From the IMG/VR virus record IMGVR_UViG_3300032007_000014: a stretch of 64,000 nucleotides of DNA; one strand, given 5' to 3'. A model generated the notes under the pieces. That model saw nothing but the letters and a program-made list of their open reading frames with translations. It had not been told where the DNA came from and did not search any database. The translations under genes were made by a program, and so were the position numbers. Below, piece after piece: positions 1-9,152 of the stretch (position 1 is its first letter; each line of letters starts with the position of its first letter). This DNA is from a virus. Its lineage: Duplodnaviria > Caudoviricetes.

Positions 1-472
1 CTCGTTTCTCATTCTTTGCAACATGTTCGTGGAATCTGATGATATTGCTGACAGGTCTTGTCTGTGGGTAATACCAAGCGTATCCATCAAGCACCATGCG
101 TTCATTCACACAATCGTTGTCACTGTACATAACACAGATGATGCGATTGTACTTGTCAGATCCAACTCGTTGAAGTGTGATCGTTTTATTTTCAATCAAC
201 TTGGCGAGATGTTCTTTGCATTTGTGTCCGAACATCTGAGTTGTTTCAGGTGCATCGATTCCATACAGTCTGACTCTGTATGATACTCCTTTGTCTCTCA
301 CATCCAAAGTATCACCATCAACTACTCTTTCAACGATGATCGGATGATGTTGATATTCAAGAGCTGACACTTGTTTATCAGTTCCTGATGTAAGAATGAG
401 TGCGAAGAAGATGAATACAATGAACACGACTGCAAACATTGCGGATGTGCTTCCGGTTCCTTTAAGATTCAT
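1..472 (-). CDS. Thermonuclease (staphylococcal nuclease family) with N-terminal hydrophobic anchor; runs off the window edge and is absent from the ORF track
   Basis: Manual translation from ATG 472 (SD AGGAGG upstream): MNLKGTGSTSAMFAVVFIVFIFFALIL...ERVVDGDTLDV...VRLYGIDAPE...DKYNRI...NERMVLDGYAW, matching the SNase motifs DGDT, RLxGIDAPE and DKYxR. Confidence 0.88.
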   Translation of the reverse strand, partial: MNLKGTGSTSAMFAVVFIVFIFFALILTSGTDKQVSALEYQHHPIIVERVVDGDTLDVRDKGVSYRVRLYGIDAPETTQMFGHKCKEHLAKLIENKTITLQRVGSDKYNRIICVMYSDNDCVNERMVLDGYAWYYPQTRPVSNIIRFHEHVAKNEKR

Positions 473-512
473 ATGACTCAACCTCCTTATTTTGAAATAT
501 AAAAGATTGATT

Positions 513-544
513 AGGGTATCGGGTGAGAGATCACCCGATACCCT
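513..544. terminator. Intergenic hairpin, probable intrinsic terminator
   Basis: Inverted repeat AGGGTATCGGGTGA-gaga-TCACCCGATACCCT directly downstream of the 564-1160 gene. Confidence 0.65.
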
Positions 545-563
545 GTGACTCATATGATGGCAC

Positions 564-1160
564 TTACCAAGGAATGTCTCCTTCGCTCGATGCAGGTGCG
601 GACTGCTGTGGAGCAGGACTTCCACCACCTGCATTTCCGCCGCCGTTACCACCACGGTTGTTCGGATCGAATTTCTCGTCACACCACGGAAGCATGGCGT
701 ACGTACGATCGAGCCACTGTTCGATAACGTCGAGCTGGACTCCGCTCTTGCCGGCTTCGCTCATCGGATCAGCTCCGATCGAAACACCGCTCTTGCCTTT
801 CAGCAGGAAGTCGAACGACATGTTGTTCCTGCAGTTGGTCAGGATCAGATGGTAGCACATTTTGCTGTCCTTCTGAAGAGTGATGACCCAGTCAAGGACG
901 AACTGCTTCGTGTTGGGATCGAAGCGTTCCGCTTTGATTGGAATCTTCGTATCCGGCGCAGATTCACGGACCTTCTTGATCAGTTTTCGAAACATGTTGT
1001 ACGTGAAGTCATCCATGCTCGCAGAGAACGGCGGTTTGCCGCCGCCTTTCGTGAACACGGTGATGTGGATGTTTCCGCGGAATGGTTTGATGGACAGGGT
1101 TTCTCCGGACTGACGATTCTGGATCGACAGTGGACGGAAGTACGGGCGATCTTCGTTCAT
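564..1160 (-). CDS. ChmC-like (Whirly-type) or SSB-like single-stranded nucleic-acid-binding protein
   Basis: 198 aa, beta-rich body plus N/G-rich disordered tail (NNRGGNGGGNAGGG) ending acidic-aromatic EGDIPW; GC-rich codons; lies two genes after SbcD, as recalled for the phiKZ-like core block. Confidence 0.55.
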   Translation of the reverse strand: MNEDRPYFRPLSIQNRQSGETLSIKPFRGNIHITVFTKGGGKPPFSASMDDFTYNMFRKLIKKVRESAPDTKIPIKAERFDPNTKQFVLDWVITLQKDSKMCYHLILTNCRNNMSFDFLLKGKSGVSIGADPMSEAGKSGVQLDVIEQWLDRTYAMLPWCDEKFDPNNRGGNGGGNAGGGSPAPQQSAPASSEGDIPW

Positions 1161-1191
1161 GATGATTGACTCCTATAGTTGGGTTGTTTGT

Positions 1192-2052
1192 TCAAAGTGT
1201 ATAAGGTAGTGTGAAATTGTTTTTTGATAATTTGTCCATCACGTAGTCACGTGTGCGGAGGTTCAATCCACCCAATTCACACATCTCAATGAATGCTTTC
1301 TTTTCCTTTGGTTTGAGCGTTCCTTTGATCAGATCCTTATCACCAAGTAGTATCAATGACAAAGGATAGAACGGAATGTTCCTATTCTTGAAAACAGATT
1401 CAGAGAGTTTATCCCTATCGTTCTCAATTACAGCTCCAGTGAAACTCTTGAAGATTGCACCAGTCAGTTCTCTTCCTCCAAACATAAAGTAATCCAGTGG
1501 ATAATGACTCATCAGTAAAACACGATGCTGTCCACCAGATGATTTATGTCCTTCAGCAAGTTTCTTATAACTTGGTGTGTTTGCTTCAATGTGTTGTAAA
1601 ACAACGTTGATCGTTGGACAATCGTTCTGAAAGTACGATCTTGTTGGGAACTGTTTCTTGAACATAGCAAGTGCATCTTGTATTTTCGCCTTCTCAATGG
1701 AATCCCTACTCTTGAGATACTGTTGTGGTATCATTCTCGAATAGGTCTCCGTGTAGAAAACAATGAACTGAGCGACTTGCTTGTTCATCAGATACAAGTT
1801 TTCACTCAGTTCAGTCATGATTCCTTGCATATCTTCATTGACAACATCAACAAGTTGTTGGAGTTTCTTGTTCTTATCCCATCTGTTTCGGATGAGAGTT
1901 TCGACATTGATGTAGATCAAATACCCTTTCGGATACTTGTTCTTCTTGATGTACTCCAACATCTTGTCAATGACAATTGTCGTACCAAAGGAATATCTGC
2001 CCTCCTCAACACGAGAAGGGCTTTTGAACATGTTCAGTGGGAAAAATCCCAT
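1192..2052 (-). CDS. Conserved phiKZ-like hypothetical protein
   Basis: 286-aa ORF coupled to the SbcD gene; no catalytic motif recognised. Confidence 0.6.
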   Translation of the reverse strand: MGFFPLNMFKSPSRVEEGRYSFGTTIVIDKMLEYIKKNKYPKGYLIYINVETLIRNRWDKNKKLQQLVDVVNEDMQGIMTELSENLYLMNKQVAQFIVFYTETYSRMIPQQYLKSRDSIEKAKIQDALAMFKKQFPTRSYFQNDCPTINVVLQHIEANTPSYKKLAEGHKSSGGQHRVLLMSHYPLDYFMFGGRELTGAIFKSFTGAVIENDRDKLSESVFKNRNIPFYPLSLILLGDKDLIKGTLKPKEKKAFIEMCELGGLNLRTRDYVMDKLSKNNFTLPYTL

Positions 2053-3221
2053 TAGACCTTCTCCTTGTTGAGTAATTTGTCACATGTAGTGAGAACTGAT
2101 GTAACATCCTGGAGGGTGACATTGTTGTGACATTTTTGCGCAATTGGAAGAATCAATTCCCCGAGATTTCCAGGAGTAATAACGGGTAATTCATCCAATT
2201 CTGTATTCACGTTCTCGATGACTTGTTCTTTGGTTGAGATGATGTTCTTGTCAATCACAACATCCTCGTACTTTGTCCTTGCATATTGTGAACATGCTTC
2301 AGTCAATGACGCATCATCCGATATCAATCGGATGTGTAACTGATCCACTAACTTTGGCTTGTTCTCTACAAGTGCGTCATACCAATGTTGAAATCTCACG
2401 AACTCAGTTCCATCTGTACCATCCTTCAATCGAATGGTCTTGAATGGACATGCGTCTTCATTCACAATGAATTCACATGAGAAAACACCATCTCGTTCTC
2501 TGATGAAGCAGTATCCTTTCTTGGCATCTTCTTCACCATGCGCAAAGCAGTCAAATGATCCGATGGATATAACACCAGATGCAGTTGCAACTGCTTTATG
2601 AACATGTCCTGACAAACAGATACCATGTGGAATGATCTTCTCTTTCAGAACATTGGCGTATAGCACGTTCTTAGGAGTAGGTATCCCTTCTGGTAACATG
2701 AAGTCGAGATATCCATGATTGATCAGTATGTCAACGGAAGATAGTTGATTGTCTCGCAACAACTTCTCCATCTCTTCAATTTGATTCTCATATGGTAAGT
2801 TATCGGGAGTGTACATGACCCATTTGTCAACGGACTCGATATGTTCAAGTCCCATGGTTTCATATACCTTGACAACATCCAAATCTTTGTATCGTTTGTT
2901 GAAGAAACGGCATTGATTGCGATCATGTGTGTATGTTCCTCGAATAACTCTGATCAAGAATCCATACTCCAATGCCATCGCAACGAGATCATCAATGATC
3001 GTTACTGCGATGATACTGGATTCTGTATTCATGGTTAGAAGAGTATCGAAGAAATCACCACATACAAACAATACATCAACTTTGTCTTCATCATCAGGTT
3101 TCTTCCGAAGTCTTGGATACAAGTATCTCTTTAACTTCAGATAGAGTTCTCTGGTTGACATACGTGGATTTCCAATATGCACATCTGCGATGGCAATGTA
3201 GTTGTGAGAGATCACTCCCAC
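2052..3221 (-). CDS. sbcD: SbcD/Mre11-like metallophosphoesterase nuclease
   Basis: Motifs IADVHIG, CGDFFD, RGTYTHD, INHGY, SGHVH, IGSF. Confidence 0.85.
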   Translation of the reverse strand: MGVISHNYIAIADVHIGNPRMSTRELYLKLKRYLYPRLRKKPDDEDKVDVLFVCGDFFDTLLTMNTESSIIAVTIIDDLVAMALEYGFLIRVIRGTYTHDRNQCRFFNKRYKDLDVVKVYETMGLEHIESVDKWVMYTPDNLPYENQIEEMEKLLRDNQLSSVDILINHGYLDFMLPEGIPTPKNVLYANVLKEKIIPHGICLSGHVHKAVATASGVISIGSFDCFAHGEEDAKKGYCFIRERDGVFSCEFIVNEDACPFKTIRLKDGTDGTEFVRFQHWYDALVENKPKLVDQLHIRLISDDASLTEACSQYARTKYEDVVIDKNIISTKEQVIENVNTELDELPVITPGNLGELILPIAQKCHNNVTLQDVTSVLTTCDKLLNKEKV

Positions 3222-3832
3222 TCCATATCTTCAGTCATCTGAGCAGGTGATTCTTCAGATGACTCATGTCGTTCGATCTTGTTCACTTGTTCAGCATAAG
3301 CACGTTTCTGTTCATCCGTATATGTTCCAGAATTGGCTTTACGTATGGCTGCTACAATAGCATCCTTAACGATACCAGTTCTGTCATTCATAGGAGTTGC
3401 AGATCTAGTTGTATTCATGAACATGGTCATCAGATCAGAAGCATTGCCTCCAAGTTGACCGATCTCCACAACGGATTTGAATACAGGAGGAAGTTCTGTG
3501 ATAAGTTTGTGCTTCTTCTTATCACCAGGCCAATACACACCTTGTTCACTGTTATCGTACTCTCCATAGGAGATGATCTTCAGTGGATGGTACATACTGA
3601 ACTTCATCTGATATTCCATTGTCAACTTCTGAAGTTGCTCTTCCGTGAGACGTTTGAACATCTCTTTGTTGAACAAGGGAAGGAAATGCTTAGCTTCCAC
3701 TTCTGTAATGACGTTCTTACCAGGAAGGACCTCGTTCAAGAACTGCGAACAACTGTCGAGTAATGTATCGTGAGGTTTTGCTCCCTCACCATCATCGAAC
3801 TCTCTCATACGACGTTCTTGTTCAGGAGTCAT
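3212..3832 (-). CDS. Hypothetical protein
   Basis: 206-aa ORF overlapping its neighbours in a tightly packed operon. Confidence 0.6.
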   Translation of the reverse strand: MTPEQERRMREFDDGEGAKPHDTLLDSCSQFLNEVLPGKNVITEVEAKHFLPLFNKEMFKRLTEEQLQKLTMEYQMKFSMYHPLKIISYGEYDNSEQGVYWPGDKKKHKLITELPPVFKSVVEIGQLGGNASDLMTMFMNTTRSATPMNDRTGIVKDAIVAAIRKANSGTYTDEQKRAYAEQVNKIERHESSEESPAQMTEDMEWE

Positions 3833-4242
3833 GATAACACTTCTCCTTCCGCATGGATGGTGAAGTCACCATCTGCGTTAACTTCGATCATGTGTCTGCG
3901 ACAGATCGGCTGTCCATTGTTGTCAGAGATATCGATCGATATGGAGTATTTGCCAGATCCATCGGTCTCTTCTTCATAGGTGGCGTTGACATTGTACTGC
4001 TCTGGAAAATAATGATCCATAGCAACCTTCAGTCGATTGCTTATCTCACGACACAGATCATCAGGTGATTTTCCATATACAGCTTCCAGTTCTCGGAATG
4101 AGATCATCTCATCTTCAAGTTGACTGCTGGTTGCACCAGGATTGGCGAATGTCCAGCGAATCAGATACAGTGCAACATCTGTGGGAGATTTCAGTATCCC
4201 ATGTGTTGCATTGTGGAATGTAGGAACAACAGCAGATCCCAT
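3829..4242 (-). CDS. Conserved phiKZ-like hypothetical protein
   Basis: 137-aa ORF with coupled stop/start overlaps. Confidence 0.6.
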   Translation of the reverse strand: MGSAVVPTFHNATHGILKSPTDVALYLIRWTFANPGATSSQLEDEMISFRELEAVYGKSPDDLCREISNRLKVAMDHYFPEQYNVNATYEEETDGSGKYSISIDISDNNGQPICRRHMIEVNADGDFTIHAEGEVLS

Positions 4243-4731
4243 TTATTCATCCTTCTCTGTTGTAGTGGTTATGGTGTCATACAATCTCTCGATCTCAACA
4301 AGATGCGGACGTATTTCATTGAAGAGTTCTTTGAGATTGTCCATGTCGAAGTTGCTCGTGCGAACATAGATTGCATCCGACATATTGATCGGTGCAATAG
4401 ATATGTCGCAGATTCTGTATTTGTCATGGACACCCATCTTAACCTTGACACCTTTCACAACATCTTCACGATGGATAGGTTTCTCAACGATAAGATAGGT
4501 TCCATTCTGGAATGTCTGGACGATGTCTCCAGTATCGGGTTCTTTACAAGGATTGTCTCCAAGTAATGCGTTGATCTTCCCGATGTCGAACATCTCGTCA
4601 ACCAGACACACGTTCGTTGCGGCTCCTGCCAGACTGAGCCACCGAAGCATAGCAGGGATATCCTTTTCAGGATATCGCTGTTGTAAATGTTCGAATGTTT
4701 TGTCTCTTGATAATAGTACACGATGTGACAT
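4243..4731 (-). CDS. Hypothetical protein
   Basis: 162-aa ORF in the same operon. Confidence 0.55.
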   Translation of the reverse strand: MSHRVLLSRDKTFEHLQQRYPEKDIPAMLRWLSLAGAATNVCLVDEMFDIGKINALLGDNPCKEPDTGDIVQTFQNGTYLIVEKPIHREDVVKGVKVKMGVHDKYRICDISIAPINMSDAIYVRTSNFDMDNLKELFNEIRPHLVEIERLYDTITTTTEKDE

Positions 4732-4840
4732 AGTTGTCTCTTCAGTTGATTCAGGATTTATGTTGATTTAAGCAAAAAAGAAGAACTGACACAACTAGGT
4801 AGGAACAACGTAACCTTAGTTGTATCAGTCCTTTACAGTC

Positions 4841-5500
4841 TTATTCTTCGACTTTCTTCAATGTGCGAATCTTACCCATACGATTGGGTACATCCGTCAA
4901 ATCAAGATTGTCACCATCCTCCGACAACTGACGTTCCAGTTCCTCAGCGATCCATTCTCTCGACGATCTCAACAGAGACAATTCATCAAAGTTGTAGATC
5001 GGATCACCAGATCTGAATGTCCAGCTGATCGGTGCTTCTCTGTCATAGTTGGGATCCAATGTGCTGAAACTTCCGTTCTCCAGAAGTCTTCCAACAACAT
5101 CTTCCTGTGGGAGATCTTGCGGTTCAACACCCCAACCACGGATCATGCCTTCATCATAGAGTTTCCTCATCTGAGGCATGGTCAAGATAGCTTGATACAT
5201 ACACGGAGGTACCTGTTCAAGATCTTCCAGACTTTCGATCGGAAGGATCTTGTTCGGTCTCAATGTCACATCCAATGTTCTTTCGACGGCATGGAATGCT
5301 TCATTGTCACGTGCTGTGATGGTTTGTGTGAATGCGGCATACCTGTCACCCCATACAGACTGTCCGAACAAGACACCAGATCCGTTCGTGTTCCATACAG
5401 AGTTCAGTTTGTCAAGAACAGCTTGCTGTCCATAATTGCCGCCAAGATATGCACCAAGCGGGATTGCTGTTGGCATATCCAAGACTCTCAATACTTGCAT
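4841..5500 (-). CDS. Conserved phiKZ-like hypothetical protein downstream of the nvRNAP beta' gene
   Basis: 219-aa ORF, SD AGGAGG, preceded by an early-promoter-like motif. Confidence 0.6.
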   Translation of the reverse strand: MQVLRVLDMPTAIPLGAYLGGNYGQQAVLDKLNSVWNTNGSGVLFGQSVWGDRYAAFTQTITARDNEAFHAVERTLDVTLRPNKILPIESLEDLEQVPPCMYQAILTMPQMRKLYDEGMIRGWGVEPQDLPQEDVVGRLLENGSFSTLDPNYDREAPISWTFRSGDPIYNFDELSLLRSSREWIAEELERQLSEDGDNLDLTDVPNRMGKIRTLKKVEE

Positions 5501-5598
5501 TGTGTCGACCTCCTGTGATTGAGTTATTTAAGTCATAATGTAGTTCTTCGACATACAAAATTACAAGGATGGATGGGATTAATTTCCCATCCATCCTC

Positions 5599-5624
5599 GT
5601 GATATATGTCCAATCACTTCATGA
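5599..5624 (-). promoter_or_regulatory. Early-promoter-like motif TCA-N15-TATATCAC
   Basis: One of four copies with identical spacing; core resembles the phiKZ early consensus TATATTAC. Confidence 0.55.
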
Positions 5625-8600
5625 GACTTTCATATTCTTCTCACAAAGATCTTTGTACTTCTTCACATCGATCGTGTCATCCTCGGTGAGATACCGATGC
5701 ATACCAATCGATTGTTCTGAAGTGATTTTCACTGCATTGTCCAATCCATTTCCCTGACCACCAAGGAGTGTGCAGATAGGATGCAGTTTCATGAGTTCTG
5801 GAACTAACGCCTGCTCTTTGATGAAAAGCAGGTAGAGTTGGTCACCCATTGGGTTGTTTGCGATCGCTACTCGCTGTACCGTTTCCAGTACTGGACTATA
5901 TCATCAACTCATCGCTGAGTTGGAGCACTTCAACATCGCTTGATGCTTACGTTCACAATGAACTAGTCTCTGAACCTTCTTTAAGCGGCTACGTGAGTCA
6001 TCTTAAAGCTTGGCTGCTGATTACCATACGCAATGTTCCAGATATTGCGGTTAGGCTCCCAGCAATTCACTTTCTTTTCGACATGGGTCACCCCATGAAG
6101 CGACAGTGTTGCAACTATCGAAATCAGCATTTGGCCTTTATACCTGTTCCTTATAAACAGGAGTAGACTATACTTTCACCAACAATGTGAGGGTACCTTC
6201 ATCACACCATAGGTATTCCGTCTCTAGTCGTTGAACCTTAACAACTTGTTGTCAATCATGACACCGTTTGGCTACCGGTTCCACACTTGCAGTGGACACT
6301 TGTTGTTCTTGGCTGCTGATCACGCCATTGTTAATAGATGTGAGAACCTACTCGATTTGAATAAGCTTTTATTTCATCTCACGATCCATCCCGAGACATT
6401 GTTTCAGTCTCACGACACCACTAGGGTTTCTCGGGCTTTAGGGTTTTCCAGCAATTTACGGAAATTCACACACATCCTTCCGGATATATGGGCCCAAGAC
6501 CTTTCGGTCTAAGCAGAAATGCTGTATGGTGTTAATCCAATCGTGTCATCATTCGGATCTGTCTTCACATGAACTGCGAAGAAGAGCTGAACAGCGCCGT
6601 GGCGCAACGTCGGATTCCTTCCACACTTTTGTTACGTGAATTACGACGAACAATTCACTCAATGTTTCCATTGTCTTGATCATGTTTCCATCTCATTGAG
6701 ATGTCAGGTACTTCCATCACCATATCGTCTTGTGATGTACTCCTCGTTAGAGGATGATCGATGTCGCTGTATCCAGTTACCTGGTCTACTCGCTAGCACG
6801 TTTCCCGTTTCCGACGAACCACTTAGCACCACTTTCGTGGCTTTTATTTCAGCTTATGGCATCTTGTTCATTCTTTCAGTCTTTCGACAACATTCACGCT
6901 TATCATTACTGATTACGTTGTAGTTGAACAAGCTTTGGGGATTTCATGCATTTCACCTGATGCTGCAGCACAATGTCACCATTGTACCGTCCTGGTCGAT
7001 TAAAGATATTCGACTTCTCCTAAGAATTCCTTTGGAATGTGTCTCGCATTCTTTGGATACTTGATGGAATATTCCCTCGCAATTCTGTAATGACATCCGT
7101 CAAGGATATCTTTGATATTGTGAGGTTCACATCCAACAATCTTTGCAATGACAGAATGTTTTATATTCTTTTCAAGCAATTGGCATGCTTTATGAACCAT
7201 TTCATCCGTCATAGCACTATGTTTCAATCCAGTCTTCAAAGCGTGATCCATATTCTCCCAGTTCCACATCCACTCGAGATTAGATGGATGGTTATTCATC
7301 TTATTCCCGTCTATGTGGTTGACTGTATCTTTGTTTTCTGGATTAGGAACAAATGCCATTGCAATTACTCTGTGTGTCTTCGTATACCACACTGTTTTAT
7401 CGTCTCTCGTGATGACAACTTCCGGATAACCATCCGGTGATATATCTTGGTGGAGATTCTGCATCCACCAAGTTGCAAATATGTTACCATCTTCAACTGC
7501 GTAATAATTACTACAGCCAAGAAACGCTAAGTGTTTGTACTGAAGACGCACTTCAGTTCTCCAAGGAGCATTGAAACACCAACCCATTAATTTCTTCTTA
7601 GCAATTTGAACAGGTTTCTTCTCTTCAAACGTGCTAAGATACAAATACGGACCGTCTTTGTACGTAACACCTGTAAGAAGATTCTGTACCACACCATTTG
7701 AGTAAACTCTTATGTGCGGCATGCCGAGATCATCTAGGGTTGTCATTCTCAGTGGTTTGTAGTTGTCATCCATAACTTCCTCCATGACAGGAGTTTACGT
7801 CATAGATAACAACCTGTCTCATTCGTTTAATCAGTTAAGAAGCAACGGAATTCCTTTCCAGGGACTTTCCGCCATTAAGATCTTGATGCACTCATGGATT
7901 GTTTCATCATACGTCACCAGTGCCTTGTTGTAAAGGTACAGTGCCTCATCATTACTCAGCTTTTTGCGTCGTTTCATGAGGTTGATCAGTTCCAGTTTGT
8001 GGTTGGCTACGACCATCCTCCAAGGAAGATGTACTTCGTCAGCCATGTGGTCACCCACAATAGGAACAATGACAGCTCGTGCGCTGAAATGCATACGAGC
8101 AGCCAAGATACACTTACGTATGAATCCTGTCTTTCCGATCAATTTTCCTTTGGTCACGGCATTGACATACTCCAGATAACTCTGATAGGTCATCCACACA
8201 TGTTGTTCAAGATAGTTCTTGTTACTGGTGGGATTGTGGCGATAGTTGTATATCGCATTACCCAACTCAATGCAAGTCTTGAGGATGTGTGTGGATGCAT
8301 CATCGTTGTACGTCATGGTTCCACTCTTGGTCAGAATGTGCAAACTCTGATTCAAGATCGGAATGTGACGCATGAAGATGCAATGTCGATATGTCTTCAC
8401 GAACTCTTCGATGTATTCGTTCTTCTTGGCTTTTGCCCCTCTGTTCAAGGAGAGACAGAACCTGATGATATCATCGAAGTTCTTGTAGAAGTAGTCTGGA
8501 CCTTGTCCTAGTACTCCTGCATAAGGTTCTGGGAGTTCGCTGTCAACATCCAACAGAAGGTCGATGACCTTCTTCTTCCTGGATACGCAACCCATCCATT

Positions 8601-9045
8601 TTCCGAGAACTCGATAAGCTTCCGGATGAAGGAGAGGTGGCATAAACTCAGGAATTTCCAACCAAGCAAGATATCGGATCTCATTGGCAAATGCTGTCCT
8701 TACCTCTGTCTTACATTTCGGACAGATGGTGTGAAGTGCAAAGTTTCCTTTGAGATTACCACAATCGCAACTCGCTATGAAGTTGAGATTGTTGTCACTC
8801 TCTTGGAATAAGATACGCTTCATCAACTCTGTGGAAGAGTCGTTGATTGTACCTGTTTCATCACATCCACATGGGACCACTTGTGCATTGGGATCATTTC
8901 GGAATACCTCATCGAAATCGATGAGTTTCAGCTTGGTGATGGATTTGGTTGTCTTGGGTTGACAGAAGACTTTTCTTTGTTCCGCGAATATGGGATTCCA
9001 ATAATCCGCTTCGCGTTTCGACTTATAGACAAAGTCGTACCACAC
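5619..9045 (-). CDS. rpoC: Non-virion RNA polymerase beta' N-terminal/catalytic subunit, spliced from 4 exons: 9045-7838, 6623-6512, 6134-6117, 5846-5619 (predicted 521 aa)
   Basis: Exon 1 has a Zn ribbon (CDCG..CPKC) and GKTGFIRKCILAARMHFSARAVIVP. Joining the exons gives ...GIPLLL-GRNPTLRHGAVQLF...TPYSISA-PNADFD-GDQLYL..., the RpoC NRxPTL and NADFDGD motifs in one frame. Confidence 0.92.
5847..6116 (-). mobile_element. Group I intron 3 of the RNAP beta' gene (270 nt, no ORF), inserted within DFD/GD
   Basis: 5' exon ends in U, intron ends in G; P AAUUGCUGGGA, Q AAUCAGCAG, R GUUCAGAGACUA, S GAUAUAGUCC; P1 CGAU|AGU/ACUGUCG with U.G at the splice site; P10 CACU/GGUG. Confidence 0.92.
6117..6134 (-). 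CDS. 18-nt micro-exon CCA AAT GCT GAT TTC GAT = PNADFD (RNAP active-site motif)
   Basis: Read directly; preceded by the terminal G of intron 2 and ends in U before intron 3; restores NADFDGD in frame. Confidence 0.9.
6135..6511 (-). mobile_element. Group I intron 2 of the RNAP beta' gene (377 nt, no ORF)
   Basis: Starts UAG after exon U, ends ...UAAAGG; P AAAUUGCUGGAAA, Q GAUCAGCAGCC, R GUUCAACGACUAGA, S AAAGUAUAGUCU; P1 hairpin with GAAA loop. Confidence 0.9.
6512..6623 (-). CDS. 112-nt exon 2 of RNAP beta' (GRNPTLRHGAVQLFFAVHVKTDPNDDTIGLTPYSISA)
   Basis: Manual translation matches the RpoC segment from NRxPTL to just before NADFDGD. Confidence 0.9.
6624..7837 (-). mobile_element. Group I intron 1 of the RNAP beta' gene (1214 nt) carrying an HNH homing endonuclease ORF near its 5' end
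   Basis: Exon ends CU, intron starts UAA and ends GUG; guide CCA-G-GA just after the HNH stop can pair with both exons; putative P3 UCAGGU/ACCUGA and P7 GAUCA/UGAUC. Confidence 0.82.
7000..7785 (-). CDS. Intron-encoded HNH homing endonuclease (I-HmuI/HNH_3-like); start may be the second Met at 7773
   Basis: HRVIAMAFVPNPENKDTVNHIDGNKMNNHPSNLEW motif, C-terminal HTH-like segment, located inside intron 1. Confidence 0.88.
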   Translation of the reverse strand: MEEVMDDNYKPLRMTTLDDLGMPHIRVYSNGVVQNLLTGVTYKDGPYLYLSTFEEKKPVQIAKKKLMGWCFNAPWRTEVRLQYKHLAFLGCSNYYAVEDGNIFATWWMQNLHQDISPDGYPEVVITRDDKTVWYTKTHRVIAMAFVPNPENKDTVNHIDGNKMNNHPSNLEWMWNWENMDHALKTGLKHSAMTDEMVHKACQLLEKNIKHSVIAKIVGCEPHNIKDILDGCHYRIAREYSIKYPKNARHIPKEFLGEVEYL

Positions 9046-9087
9046 GTTGAGCCTCCTGTGAAAAATTAAAGTCTTGTTGAAGAGATC

Positions 9088-9124
9088 GGATCACGGAGGA
9101 GGTATTTCTCCTCCTCCGTGATCC
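9088..9124. terminator. Hairpin between the chimallin and RNAP beta' genes
   Basis: GGATCACGGAGGAGG...CCTCCTCCGTGATCC inverted repeat. Confidence 0.6.
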
Positions 9125-9152
9125 TCGGTTCAGTTATGCACTGGCTCGTTCA

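Noticed and set aside
5619-9045. RNAP beta' as a pseudogene, frameshifted gene or intein-containing gene
   Set aside because: The intervening sequences contain stops and group I core motifs, and the exons join exactly in frame
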